From Camelus ferus (Eukaryota), in the NCBI RefSeq assembly GCF_009834535.1, contig NC_045697.1, forward strand, positions 70,434,001 through 70,498,000: DNA of 64,000 nucleotides, given 5' to 3'. The translations under genes and the position numbers were made by a program. Shown here in pieces: positions 38,961-51,900 of the stretch (within the stretch, counting starts at the first letter, position 1; the number at the start of each line of letters is the position of its first letter). The notes beneath the pieces are model-generated. The model searched no databases, was not told where the DNA came from, and saw only the letters and a list, made by a program, of their open reading frames with translations.

Positions 38961-40099
38961 ATTCTCAACACACGTGGTTTATATGAGTTTGTTCATGTAA
39001 ATGCACATTCTGTTGTAGTAAGTAATTTGTCAAGTGCTGTGTTGGATTTTTCAGGACAGTAGTAGATTTTACTTTGCACATAATGGAGAATAAAGGGTGC
39101 AGTAGCTGGAGAATCAGGAGACCTGGTCCCACATATAGCTTTTATATTGACTTGATCTCTGATTTTGGTACAGGGTGAGTCAGCAGAATTATGTACAAGT
39201 ATTGAGAAACTAAAAAGAGATTCCTTCAGGCTGGAGAAGGAGAGAGTTATCTTTGGATTTCAGAGCAGTAGAGACTGAGGCTGAGGTAACAAGATGCTAG
39301 AGAGGAAGTGGTTAGGGTTCCCATACTTGGAAAAGATTCCTGCTGTGCTCTGAGGACCACACAGAGCAGCAGGAAACAGCCGGATCTGATGGGATGCTGA
39401 GGGCACAGCTGATGGACATCTTGGCTTTAACCTGTGGATGAACAATGACTAGAGGGAAACTGTCTTTATCCCCACCCCACTCCTGGAGCCTCAGCATTGC
39501 ACAGGATTTAAGAACTGCCCTTGACATGAGCGTTGGGTCTATGGAGTGGGAGGGTGAGTATAGTGAGGGAAAGAATGACTGGCATTAAATTTACCCATTT
39601 CTTGGTGGAATAAAAGATAAATATCAGATACTAAACAGCCAACAAAAGAAGCAGTCATGTTGCTTTTTGCACAACCAGTATGTGCACTAAGGTTGATATT
39701 ATATCTGTTATTGACGTAGCTATACTTGTACTCATTAAAATACATTAATTTTTTAATTCAATTTACACGTCTTAAAGCAGCTTTCTTGGACTCTCTTCTT
39801 TTAGCATTTATATCCAATGTAAGCGTTCCATTTCTAGTGTACAGTGACTATGAAAACTCCATAAATCAGGAATATTTTTGTATTTTCTAAATCAGGGAGC
39901 TATTTATAAATACACATTATATAACCCTTGTAGGAAATTATGTAGGTGGAATCTAACAAGTTTAATTATAAAAATTAGTTTAAAAATAATGATCCTTACA
40001 CTTTTATCTTCTTTTAAGTAGCCCAGGGGACATAAGACTAAAGCAAGTCCAGAAAACTCAAAATGAAATTAAATAATAAAGTTAGTAGAGTAGAAATGA

Positions 40100-40710
40100 C
40101 TTTGAATTTACAAACAAATAGTCAATTTAAAAATTACAACATGAAAAGTCAAATTCCTATTGCTGATTCTCATTCATACTAATCTCTATCTCTGCCTGGA
40201 GGTAACCACTTTAATTTGTTTTTCTGTATTCTTCTAGGATTTCTTTACGGAAATATAAGCACATACTAACATCCCAATTTTCACTCCTTTTTCACTCTAA
40301 TGGATAATATTATATTTATATTCTCCATTTTGCCTTTTTGCACTGACAGTATGGCTTAGAGATTTTTCCATATGAATTCATCGTTACTTTCTCTAGCCTA
40401 TAATGGTAGCTTTCTGCTTTATAGATCTTCATTTCACCTATACATTACACAGGGACATTTTGATTATAAATTTTTGCAGTTACATGTAATGCTGTAATGA
40501 ATAATCTTATTCATAATTCACTTTGAAGGTGGGCAAGTTTAACTATAAGATAAATTCTCAGAGGAGAGACTTCTGAAGTCAAGGACAAATGTGCAAAATA
40601 TAGTATTGAATGATTTTGATCAATTATCCTTCATAGAAGTCGTACAGTATTGGGTACCCACCAATAACATAGGAGAATTCCTGTTTCCTCATAATCCCTC
40701 CAACATTTGT
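40100..40710 (-). mobile_element. Old L1 (L1ME-like) fragment
   Basis: ctggaggtaaccact...aatgctgtaatgaataatctt...caccaataacataggagaattcctgtttcctcataatccctccaaca. Confidence 0.6.
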
Positions 40711-41115
40711 TCACTCATTTCATAACTATTTTAAGCATTAGGATGTCTTTTCTTATAGTTTTAGCATGCTCTGGAAACCTATTGGCTAGGAGTTCCAGGT
40801 AGGAAAGATACTGTCTTAATTTTGAAAAGGGAGAAACTACAAATGGAAAGTATTAATCATAATTCTCAAGAAAAACTAGAAGTATATCATATTTTTCCTG
40901 ATTCCCAGTTTTGGGGAAAGCATTGAGGCTGTATCTACAGTGATCATTATAACTTCACTGATTGGTCAGTTCAGGCAACGAAAGTATTATTATTGTTTTT
41001 TTCTATGACTCTATTTGTACTAAGTTGTCAATCAGACTTCTTTTGAATGTTATGTTCAGCAAATAGCTCTGCTGACTTCATTTTCTTTTCTTTTTAAAAA
41101 AAATATTAAAAAAAA

Positions 41116-41234
41116 TTTTTGGAGTTGGAGAGGTAATTGGGTCTATTTATTTATTTATTTATCTATTTATTTATTTAATGGAGGTACTGGGGATGCAACA
41201 GAGTACCTGGTGTATGTTAAGTACCCTTCCCCCC
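41116..41234 (-). mobile_element. Degenerate camelid-type tRNA-derived SINE (Vic-1-like)
   Basis: gaggtaattgggtct(attt)n aatggaggtactggggat...tacccttcccccc matches the reverse complement of the camelid SINE as I recall it (…CCCCAGTACCTCCATT(AAAT)nCCTAATTACCTC); the A-box region is missing. Confidence 0.7.
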
Positions 41235-41571
41235 AATACACAGCTGTTTTTTTTTGTTATGTGAGGACATTGCTGTGTTTATTGAAACCAAAGTTCGTTT
41301 GATGTCTGTTAAGGAGAGAATCTGCATCAGAGCAGAGAAAAAGCTTTTTTTTTTTTTTTTAACATAAAACTTACAAATCACCTGTAACTTTATTTCAGTG
41401 TTCAAATAATTGAATAACATTTCCCTCTTTTCACCACTTCCAAGTCATGACTATATTATAGCTCACAGGAGAATATTCAGTTAAATGCAGTGCAGTACAT
41501 ATGTTTGTGGATGTTAATATTGAGTACAGAAGAGAGTGTGTGTTCAAGTGCAGCTTTGAGAAGCTTATACG

Positions 41572-41900
41572 TCTGCTCTGTCTAATTTGATCGCCACTGC
41601 ACACGTTGCTATTGAGCACTTTAAAATGTGACTAGTCCAATGTGAAATGTATAAAATACACACCAGATTTCAAAGATTTCATAGAATATAAAGAATGCAA
41701 AACATCTCGTTAATAATTATTATACTGAATACATGTCAAAATGTTAAGATTTTTATATGTTGGTTTAAATAAAATACACTACTAAAATTAAGTTCACCTG
41801 CTTCTTTTTAGAATTTTTTTTAACATAGCTATTAGAAAATTTAAAAATGCTGTATGTGGTTTGCAGTCATGGCTCCCCTAAAGAAGTATAGGCCAACACT
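41572..41900. mobile_element. MER33-like hAT-Charlie MITE
   Basis: gctattgagcactttaaaatgtgactagtcc...aaaatacacaccagatttcaaagattt...aaaattaagttcacctgcttcttttt...gctattagaaaatttaaaa. Confidence 0.8.
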
Positions 41901-42009
41901 ATTTTAGATATTTTCACGTCGTCTTAGAAAAAGAAGCATAGTAACTTCTTTGTATGTAAGTGAGGGTTTGAAAATTCGTAAAAGTGTACTCAGTAAATGG
42001 TAACTGTTA

Positions 42010-44360
42010 ATTTTGGGGTCAGGTTTATTGAGGTCTACTTAAAATATATTAAAATCCACTCTCCTTAGTGTGGAGTTCTGTGAATTTTAAACAATTCTCA
42101 CAGTCATGTAACGACCATTATCACCACAGTCAACATAAACATCACTTCCATCACCACAGAATATTACCTATATTACTTTGTGCATGTTTGTAATCAACCT
42201 CTTGCCTTAGCCCAGGCCTTAGGCAGACATGTTATACAAACGGGATCACAAGGTCTGTAGACTTTTGGGCCTCATTCTTCCACTTAGCATAATGCATTTG
42301 AGATTCATCCAAGTTGCTGTATCAGCAGTTCTTTCCTTTTTATTTCTGAGTACTATTCCATTGTGTAGATGTACCACACTTTGTCTATCCATTTGCCGGT
42401 TGAAGGACATTTGGGTTGTTTCCAGTTTTTGATGATTATGAATAAACCCAGTATATACATCTGCTTACGGATTTGTGTATAAACATACATTGTCATTTAT
42501 CTTGGATAAATACCAAGAGAATGGAATTGCTGAGTCATATGGTGTTTGTTTAATCTTATAACAAGTTGCCAAAATGTTTCCCAAAGTGGTGGATCCAACC
42601 TGCATTCCTCCTAGCAAGGTATGAGTGTTCCAGGTGTGCCAGATCTTTGTCAGAACTTGACAGTGTCATCACCCTCCTCTTTCTTTGTTCTTGTTTTTGA
42701 ATTTTAGTCCTTTAAATAGGAATGTAATAGTATCTCATTGTGGTTTTAATTTTTATTTCCTCTGTGACTCATTTTGTTCAACATCTTTTCATGCCATCTG
42801 TGTACCTTCTATGGTGAAGTATATATTGAAATCTTTTGCCCACATATTTTTATTGGATTATTTAAGGCTTCAGAGTTCTTTATTATTATTGAGAACTTGA
42901 GAGTTTTTATCATTGAGACTTGAGAGTTATTTATCAATTCCATGTTTTCTACTAGAAGTTTCATAGTTTTACATTTATGTATATATGATCTACTTTGAGC
43001 TATTTTTTGTATATAAGGCATGGGTTGAATTCTTTCCTTTTTTTTTTTTTTTTTGTAAATAGATGTCCGATTGTTGCAGCCCCATTTGTTGAAAAACTAT
43101 ACTTTCTCAGTTGAATTGGCTTTACATCTTTATAAAAAGTCAGTTAACCCTTTATATGCCACTTTATTTTTGGTATTTATTGTATTCTATTAATATATGT
43201 GTCATCTTTTCACCAATATCACAAGTCTTGAAATCAGGTAGGGAGTTTTCTAAATGTTCTCTTTCAAAATTATTTTGGCTTTCTAATTCCTTTATGTCTT
43301 CATATGAATTTAGAATCAGCTTATTGATTTCAAAGGAAAATGGTTGCTGGGATTTGATTGGAAATGCTTTGAATCCAGGTCAGTTTGAAGAAATTTGTAT
43401 ATCAATTTTATGAAGTTTTCCAACAATGAACATGACATAAACTCTGTTTATTTAGGTATTTGATTTCTTTCATTAGACATTTGTAGTTTTCAGCATACAG
43501 AAACTGCATATATTTTGTTAGACATATGCCTAAGTATTACATTTTTAAGCTTTAAAATTTCAAGTTCCGATTGTTCATTGCTAGCATATAGAACTACAGC
43601 AGAAATACAGAAATACTATAAAAAATACAGAAATACAAGAAATAAGAAAAGTGACCCATTCTTTAACTCTTGTTAAAATCATCTACTAGTTCTACTAACT
43701 TTTAAAGAAATTGTTTGGGATTTTCTCCACAGACAATAATCCTGCCTGCAAATAAAGACAGTTTTTTCCCATTCATTCCAATCTGTATGCTTTTATTTCT
43801 TTATTTTTCCTTTGCTGCACAGACAAGAACCTAAGTAAGATGTTGAATGTGAGGAGTGAGGAAGGACATCTTGCCTTGTTCCCAGTCTCGGGGGGAAGCA
43901 TTCAGTCTTTCATTATTAATTACGAGGTTGGCTGTAGATATTTTAGATGTGCTATCATACTGGGGAAATTCTCTACTATTCCTTGTTTGCTAAAAGGTTT
44001 TATTATGAATGGATTTAAATTTTGTCATATATTTTTTCTACATCTTTTTGGATGGTTCTATGATTTTCTGCTTTAATCTGTTGATGTGGTGAATTATGTC
44101 TATGGATTTCAGAATGTTGAATCACACTTCCTTATGATACATTATCATATTTATGTTTTTGGATTCAGTTTGCTAGTGTTTTGCTGAGAGCTTTTGCTTC
44201 TATTCCATGAGGGATGTTTTTCGGAGCTTTCTTTCTTGTACCGTCTTTGTCCGGTTTTGGTATCAGTATAATATTGGCCCTATTAAATGACTTATGTGGT
44301 GCTTTCTCTTCTTGTGTTTTCTGGAAGAGTTTGTGTAGAATTAGTGTTAATTCTCTTTTA
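42010..44360 (-). mobile_element. Old LINE-1 (L1MB/MC-like), ~2.3 kb of 3' UTR and ORF2 remnants
   Basis: ttccacttagcataatgcatttgagattcatccaagttg; ggacatcttgccttgttcccagtctcggggggaagcattcagtcttt; ttttggtatcagtataatattggcc. Confidence 0.9.
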
Positions 44361-44374
44361 GTTTTATTTTAAAT

Positions 44375-44640
44375 ATCACATCCTTGGACAAGACTTTCCT
44401 AACACACGAGTCTAAAGTAGGTCCCCTCTGTTATTAACTCTGTTAGTGTCTTTTTTTTCTTTATAGATTTTATCATAATTTATAATTATACATTTATTCG
44501 AGGTTTATTTCTTTAATGCCAGCATCCTCTTCTAAGAGGCCAGGCCCATGTCTGTGAAGTTCACCATCATATGCCTACTGCTTGGCACGGTGCCTGATAC
44601 CTACTAGGTATTTAATAAATATTGGCTGAATAAATGCATG
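44375..44640 (+). mobile_element. L2 3' end fragment
   Basis: cttggcacggtgcctgatacctactaggtatttaataaatattggctgaataaatgcatgaat tail. Confidence 0.75.
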
Positions 44641-45431
44641 AATCCCCATGATTTAATGAATGCCATTATTTATTATTCATCATACGATTGTGAGCATTAT
44701 ACATATAATAACTTACTATATATTTGTGCAGACTTCATAAAATGAACAGGAAAGCACTTCAGACACATCTTAATGGGTATTAAAAACCATAGTATTGTAA
44801 CAGAACTAGATAATTGCAAAAAGAATGATTTACAATGTGGAGTTAGTATTTCCATAAATAACCTTAGAATGTGAATTGAGTGAACTAAAATTTTGAGAAA
44901 AGTTAGATACATTTAGCCTTAGCATGAGAAAAAGAGATTCTAGTAAAAAGTAAAATGATATTTTACTTAGCTTTTACAGATTAAATAAATTTAAATTAAA
45001 AATTCAATGTTATATATGTTATATAATCCCTTGGCTATTTCCTAATTTTCTCTGTCTCTCTCTCTCTCTTTTTCTTTTTGTAAGTAAAACCAGCTATATA
45101 TACTTTGGTAAAGCAAACAGCAAGTTAGTGCAGTAAGCTACAGTGCATCTGGTCCAGATCCTGGGGTCCAGAAGCCGCCTTATCTGCTGAGGTTTACAAA
45201 GGGAAAAGCTCAAGGAAGCGTTTACAATTCTCGTGGCTTCTATTATAAATAAATTTTCCACTTCTTTCTAGTTGAACAACTGCTATAATTCTATTTCTTC
45301 CAGCAGCAATAGTTTTGGAGGGTAGAAGAGAAGTGATGCCTATGGTTAACCAATTAAACATGCAGAAGTAACCATAAAGCCAGGAATACAATTTAAATTC
45401 AAGCAGATGTGACTTTCCCTTGCCAGTCAAC

Positions 45432-46185
45432 TTTCATTCATTCATTCTTTCATTCCTTCAAATAATGTATTTTGAGGGCCTACTATGTACCAAGTGCTTG
45501 GTGAGGGATGGGAATAAGATGAGGAGCAGAATGAATACAGAATCTGGCCTTGTGGAGCTGACAGTTTAGAGGGAGAATACAGACAGTACATAGGAAATAG
45601 CAGAAGGCTCTAGAAAGTCCTTTGATAAGGGACACAGTAAAGCAGGAGGAATATTAACCTAGACAGGAATGCAGTTATTCTGGGAAGATCTCCTGTTTAA
45701 ACTGATATCTGAAAGATATCTAGGCACTAAGCATATGAAAGGAAGTGAGGCATGCAATAAGTGTTACGGGCAGAGGAATCAATACTATGAATAATAACCA
45801 ATATTTAGTGGGCACCAGCTAAGTCCACATGAACAGTTTCTTTTGATCTTTACAATGACCCTATGAATGGGGTGGTGTTGTTCCTAATCTGGGAGTGAGG
45901 ATGAGGAATGCGGGACATAGAGTTTAGAAACTTGTCTTAGGTTACACAGGTAGTAAGTGGCAGAGCTAGGATTAAATAGTGTTACTCTCTGAATGACAGG
46001 TTGCAGGAAAGACGTTCAGAATAACTGGAGTGCATAACACTGATGGAGGGAGGTTGTTGGTTGGGGGAAGTGGGAGGATAAGTGGTGTCAAGAGTGAGAC
46101 TGGAAAGGATGGAGGTAGGGACTCGGCTCTGAGGAAGGGTCTTGTAAGCCATGTAAATAAAGGAGCAAATTGAATATCACGTAAA
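45432..46185 (-). mobile_element. L2 fragment interrupted by a MIR (~45790-45990)
   Basis: ttcattcattcattc...gggcctactatgtaccaagtgc...ccttgtggagctgacagtttag (L2); aacttgtcttaggttacacaggtagtaagtggcagagctaggatt (MIR); gaagggtcttgtaagccatgtaaa (L2). Confidence 0.7.
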
Positions 46186-49100
46186 CTTTGGCAGTTTTCT
46201 CCCACAATTTAAGCTTCTACCTTGAGCTCTTTCATCTTCCATGGTGTAGTGAAGAACATGGTCCTGATTCAGCCAACATGACGTAAACATGACAAAGACT
46301 ATAGTCTAATGGAAAATTATTTTGCTTGAGAGTTTTTCCACCCCCTAAGCAAAATAATCAGGGAAAGGTGACATGTGAATTTACAGCTTCCTGACAAACT
46401 ATGTTCATTGTCTATAGTTTTTTTTTTTTACTGAAATATATTTACTTTATTTTTGTCTTTGAGTCAGAATAATTCACTAAGAATTATTACTTTATATGCT
46501 GCCATGACACAATGAAGTGTCATATTCTACTGCAAGAGTATATCACAAATGATTTGTTACAAAATATAAAGTATTACATTTTGTGAATGTTTTGATTTAA
46601 ACAAATAAGGTCAGATTTAAATTTTTTCTTCTGCATAACTGTTACATTACAACTCTTCTTTATGAGTGGGAGAGGAAGGAGAGATGTTTTTAGCATGCAT
46701 CCATTGTGTAAGGAGGAGTTTTGTGCATGTAAATGGCATCTGTTGAGTATATTAATGTGGATAATCAGTTGGCATGAAGTGTGGTGGTCTTGGGAGGCTC
46801 CCCTTTAACTCAGGCATGAACCAGTGGCTGCAGGAAGCTATGTTCTTAACGCTAGCCAACCGTCTTACACCAAAGGAGCCAAGAAAGACAGCAGAGTTGC
46901 TCAATACCAGTATGTGACCGCTGTAGGGAAAACAGAGCAAGCACATGTCTCTTCAATGGTGGCTCAGCTGTGAACTCTCGACAGGCAGGCAAAGAATTAG
47001 AACTCCTTATTTAGGAGGAGCTTGCTCAGAAATGATTTCTGCATCCACATATTTTCAGGCTCATAGCTCAACATTTTTCTGAGTGGAACCTGGGAACATT
47101 TGTTGACCAGCAGAATGGCCTAAACTCCAAACTTCTCCTTGCTTTGCAGCAGCAGCAGATCAGAAATTGTATAGATCTGCATGAGCTGCATGATTATTAG
47201 ATTTGGGTGGTGCTACTTCCTCTCAGTAACATTTTAGAATATTCATTGCTTATAAAATGTGGCTTAGGAGATGAATTTGTCTTTGTATATCTACCTTTTA
47301 AAAAATAAACATGCTTCAGTTGGAGATTTTTCATGGGATGAAAGCTTCTTTAGATTACTTCAAAGAATTATTGCAGTAGGCCCCTCTGGAAGGAAATGGA
47401 ATTCTTGTCTTTGTTTTGGCTTGAGTCCCTGCTCTGGAGCCCTGACCTTTGTACTAGGAATGTAATAAATTCTAATTTCTGGTTTTGCTGACTCAGGGTT
47501 AAGAAAAAAATCTGCAGTCCCATTTTATTATCAACCCCCTTAAATCTGGAAAAAAGGAGAAATTGTACTTTATGTAATTCTATAAAGTGACTTCACTTTG
47601 GGCAAGGAGAAGAAGAAGGAACCTCCTTGTATGCATTAGACTTTCATTTAGTTCCAGGGCTTGTGAAGGGGCCACGGAAGTCAAGGCAGCACGATACTAA
47701 CTGAGCTGACACATGCATTCCCTCATACACCAGAGCTGCCATTTAAAACATTAAAAGTAAAAAGCCAAAAAAAAAAAAAAATCAATGATTGACAGTCTAA
47801 CAGGACTAGCCGACTCAGCGACTAAGTCACCAATTTGCCTTATTTCTGGAAGAAATCCAGCCCTTGATAATTAGAGCTTTTCTAGAAATTAAATTGGTAG
47901 GAGTAGGTCAGTCCCCTTGGACTTCAGCTCCTCTTCTGGCAGGGGAGCTTGGGTCTGACAGAGCACGAGTGGGCTCCTCACACGTTCCTGGAAGTGCATA
48001 GGAAGCAGAAGAGTTTGCCAGCACTGTTGGCTGGTGCTTGCTCATTTGAGAATAAAGAGACCTGGCCAGAGATCTCTTTGCATACAGCAACATTCTCAAA
48101 CAAATACTTTGTACCTGGACAAGGACAGCCCTTGGTGAAACTGTACAGTAGGGAGTTGTATCCTTAGTGACCTTCTAGCCTTCTTATCCACACAACCTGA
48201 CCACCGTCACTCATTCCCACCCAGCTCCCGTGGCACTGGTGGGCTTTCCAAGATGCTTAGCCTGGAAGCCCTGGCTTCCTCATTGTAGGTCAAGTTCGTC
48301 CTCCTCTCCAGTGCCTCATATTCCAGGCCTTCCTCATGTGCTTTAATCTCCCTTCAGAAGCTACCTGGCTCAGCTCCAATTGCTAAGTGCTCTTATTTTT
48401 AGGCAATAATGGATGCCAATACCCGTGGGATATTCTGTAATTCCTTTTAATACATTAGCTTGCTTATATTTTTCTCTTTCTTGAATAATATAATATCTCA
48501 GTCTAGTTAAAAAGGTAGAAAATTAGAACATTTCAACAGATGAGTGGGAAGGGCCTTTACAGGCCATTTATTCCACATTCTTTCCATAATTGCCTATTCC
48601 ACACATACCTAGAATTCATTTTGTGGATATGTTTATGTTTCTTTTTTTCCTTCAAGACAGTCTTAAGCACTATAACTTAAGCAATTGGGATGTTTTCAAA
48701 ATAAAGAATAAAAGAAAAAAATGTATTACTTTTACGTGTATTCCAAGTAAGTCTTCAGGACTAGAAGAGTCCCAGAAACTATACAGATTTTATCTGTTCA
48801 TCTTAGTAGCCTTTAAGGTATAATCTAGTCTGATTGCCTAACTTAAAAAACCAGGAAACAGAGATAAAGGGAAGGGAAGTATTTATAAGGTCACAGAGAT
48901 TGATTCCTGGCAGAATCAGAACCAGAACCCAAGTTTTAATATAATTGATCTGATGCATTTTATTTCAATAAAGATCAATAGCTTTAAATATTTATTAAAA
49001 ACTTTATATGTCCTATTATAAAGATAATTTTTTAAAGCTTATTCCCTCCCATTCCTCCTCATAAGCTACATCTCTGGTTTCCTTTTGAATCTAACTCAAA

Positions 49101-50713
49101 TTCACTTCCTGGAAGAAAATGCATGTGACTACCTTACTCCAAAGTTATTCTACTTTACATCTCATCAACTTTTAGGAAAATAGTTTCAGTATGTTTATGT
49201 TTAGCATGCATTCCTTTATTTTAAAAAAAGCTACTGTGTTTAGTTTTTTAATCTTATTTTCCCCATAAATAAGCATTCTCCTTTTTCACTTAACAGCACC
49301 CAGTGGATGCTCTGAAATGCTGATGCCAGTGCTTTTGATTTCTCTCCTTTTCCCATTCTATTTCCTCTGCCTTCTTTCTTTTGGGCCACTGGAGTCTGAA
49401 AACAGAAGGGGTAGTGGAGATTAAAAGCCAAACATTCTTGGGGCTAACTGCAATTGAAAACAACTTCAGCTGGTCTGTTGGAGGGTGTGGCTTAAGGGAG
49501 ACTGGCATCTTCTTACTTACAGCACTTTCAAAGCCAAAAAAAAATCTGTAAGTCAATAGCCTGGAGATATGGAAAGCTAGATATAAGGGGGAAAAAAGTA
49601 CAAGGTTTTTAAAGCTATAGGGGAAACAGTGTCCAATTTAGATCAACCTCCTGTCTCTGCTTTCTATATCCTTGCTGTGATTTCAGAAAAATGAGCTCCC
49701 GGTTTAATTGTGCTGTGGGTGTGCGCCTGGGTAGCTGTGTGTTTAGAGAGCTCATAAATTTTTGCACTTTAAATGATCCCTATAATGCCCTGAAAGAACC
49801 AAAGCTTCCTGGAAAATCTCAGACTTGCTCCTTGGAAGTTTATTTCTCCCTAGTGGAATCTGATTCACCATGATATTTATAGTGGATGTTTTGATTCCGT
49901 GTTGGTGCTTTGGGCTCACAGTGCATTTTTCTAGACGGTGTTGTCATGAAATGTGACTCGCAAAACTATTTAAAGGCTAAAGCAGCCTTTTTAAAAACAT
50001 TCTTTTAGGCACGAATCAAGAAGGCTGAACTATTTCTTAGAACCTCTCTCTACCCTTCTTGCTTCTGCTGGACCCTGGTAAAGGTTTTGATGCTTAAGAC
50101 TGAATTGAAAAAACAGAAATAACTCCCATATCACTAGCTGAGGATATAGATTTTAGTCTCTTTCTCAGAGTTATCAGAAGTGAAAGTTGGTTTGATTTAA
50201 ATCTGTTATTGAAAGGATTTTATAGTGTTTGGGTGCTCATCATTGGGAGCCCCATTTTTCTCCACTTCTGAGATTAAACAGGGTGCAAGAGTGGTAGTGT
50301 AGCAAAGGAGGTTCTCTGTTCTTTTTTCCTCTTCTTTCCTTCTGTTCCCTGGGATGGAGGTCTAATGGTGCTTTTTTCTAATAGTGCCCCGAAATTATGC
50401 TGTGAAAAGTGAACAATATTAGTAAGATGGACTTATTTCCTTTCTTTACATTTGCTTTTTGTAGATGCATGGTCATGAAGAGTGACTGATCTCAACTTAC
50501 TCCTGCAATGGCCAGTAAAGATCACCAGGTTTTCAGGACAAAGCCAGGAATGGTGGCCATTGTGAACTTGAGAAGTCTCCAGGATGGAGCTGGGACCTTG
50601 GGGGAACATCAGAGGGGTTGAAAATACTGATGTAGAATAAGGAGGGAGGAAAGAAGAGGAAAGGAGGTGAGAGAGGAAAGGACTATAAGACTCACCCTAG
50701 AGAGACTCTAAAC

Positions 50714-50933
50714 CAGTGCTTTTCAACAGGGACAGTTCCGCCCCACTTTCGCTTGGCAAACATTCGGCCTTTTCTGGAATCATGTTTGACTACACCCACG
50801 TGGGGTTAGGTGATACTGGTGTCTAATGAGTAAAGCCAGCTGCTGCTAGCCACCCTATGACATATGGGACAACCCCCCGCAACAGAGACTCAGCTAACCC
50901 AAAATGTCAATAGCGCTGTGGTGGAGAAACCTG
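50714..50933. mobile_element. MER20 hAT-Charlie MITE, apparently full length, with 8-bp target-site duplication
   Basis: Termini CAGTGCTTTTCAAC...cccaaaatgtcaatagcgctgtggtggagaaacCTG; flanks ctctaaac (50706-50713) and ctcttaac (50934-50941). Confidence 0.9.
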
Positions 50934-51156
50934 CTCTTAACCAACCAAGAAGGAACTCCAAGGGAAGAGTAATGTTTTGCAGTATCCTCTGCATACCTGT
51001 GCACGACCAGCTGCTCATAGTAGGTTGTTTTCTTTCTGGTACCTACTTACTGTACCTACCGACCCTCCCAGACATGGTGGGCATAGCTGAGGTTTTACAT
51101 TAGAGTTTCCCCCCTCATTCCTTACCTAACTGAGATTCTACCTGTAAATGTAGTGC

Positions 51157-51388
51157 GTATACATATGTGTGTGTGTATATATTCCTTTACATGTGTGTAT
51201 ATATATTTATATACATTATATACATAGTCCTTTATATGTATATGTGTGTACGTATATTCCTTTATATACATTACATATTATATGTATATAATATATATAA
51301 TACTCTATCAGCAAATATAGTGTGTATATATAATAGAATATACATATATATATATATATTCCATATATATATGTGTATATATATATAT
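51157..51388. repeat. Degenerate (TA)n/(TATG)n low-complexity tract
   Basis: About 230 bp of alternating purine-pyrimidine AT-rich sequence with recurring tatattccttta units. Confidence 0.9.
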
Positions 51389-51519
51389 TCCCTTTTTCCC
51401 TTAGCATGCTAAATCTCTTCAATCTTCCTATGTTATGGCTCCAGGACTTCCACTTCTGGCCCTTTGCCTATCTCATCAGCAGAGAAATACTTGTTAGGAG
51501 GTACTCCTTTGATCACTGA

Positions 51520-51900
51520 TTTGTTCATCTCTCCAATGAATTTATTGAGGGTCTGCTGTGTGCAAGGCATTGTTATAGATTCTTTGGATACATCAGTGAA
51601 CAAAACAAAGACTTCTTGTGGAGGTTACATTCTAGCAAAGAAGGCAGACAATAAACAATAAATAAAGGATAAAAGATATATGTTAAAAAGTGCTAAGCAC
51701 TTTGAAAAAAAAAAAAAAAGAAGGAGGAGGAGGTAAGGTGGTGAAGGTACAGCTGGCGGTGTGTTGTGTTGGCTGGCGGAGGGTGGGAAGACCTCACTGA
51801 TTAAGTGACACTGAGTGCAGAGGTGGGGCAGGGAGGAAACGGTCATTTTGCTATTTTCCTTCCAGATGCTAACGTTCGGTAAAAGGAGCTCCAAATGCAG
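51520..51900 (-). mobile_element. L2 fragment
   Basis: atttattgagggtctgctgtgtgcaaggcattgttatagattctttggatacatcagtgaacaaaacaaagac...gggaagacctcactgattaagtgacactgag. Confidence 0.8.

Noticed and set aside
51167..51422. Tyr/Ile-rich ORFs
   Set aside because: Translation of a (TA)n low-complexity tract.
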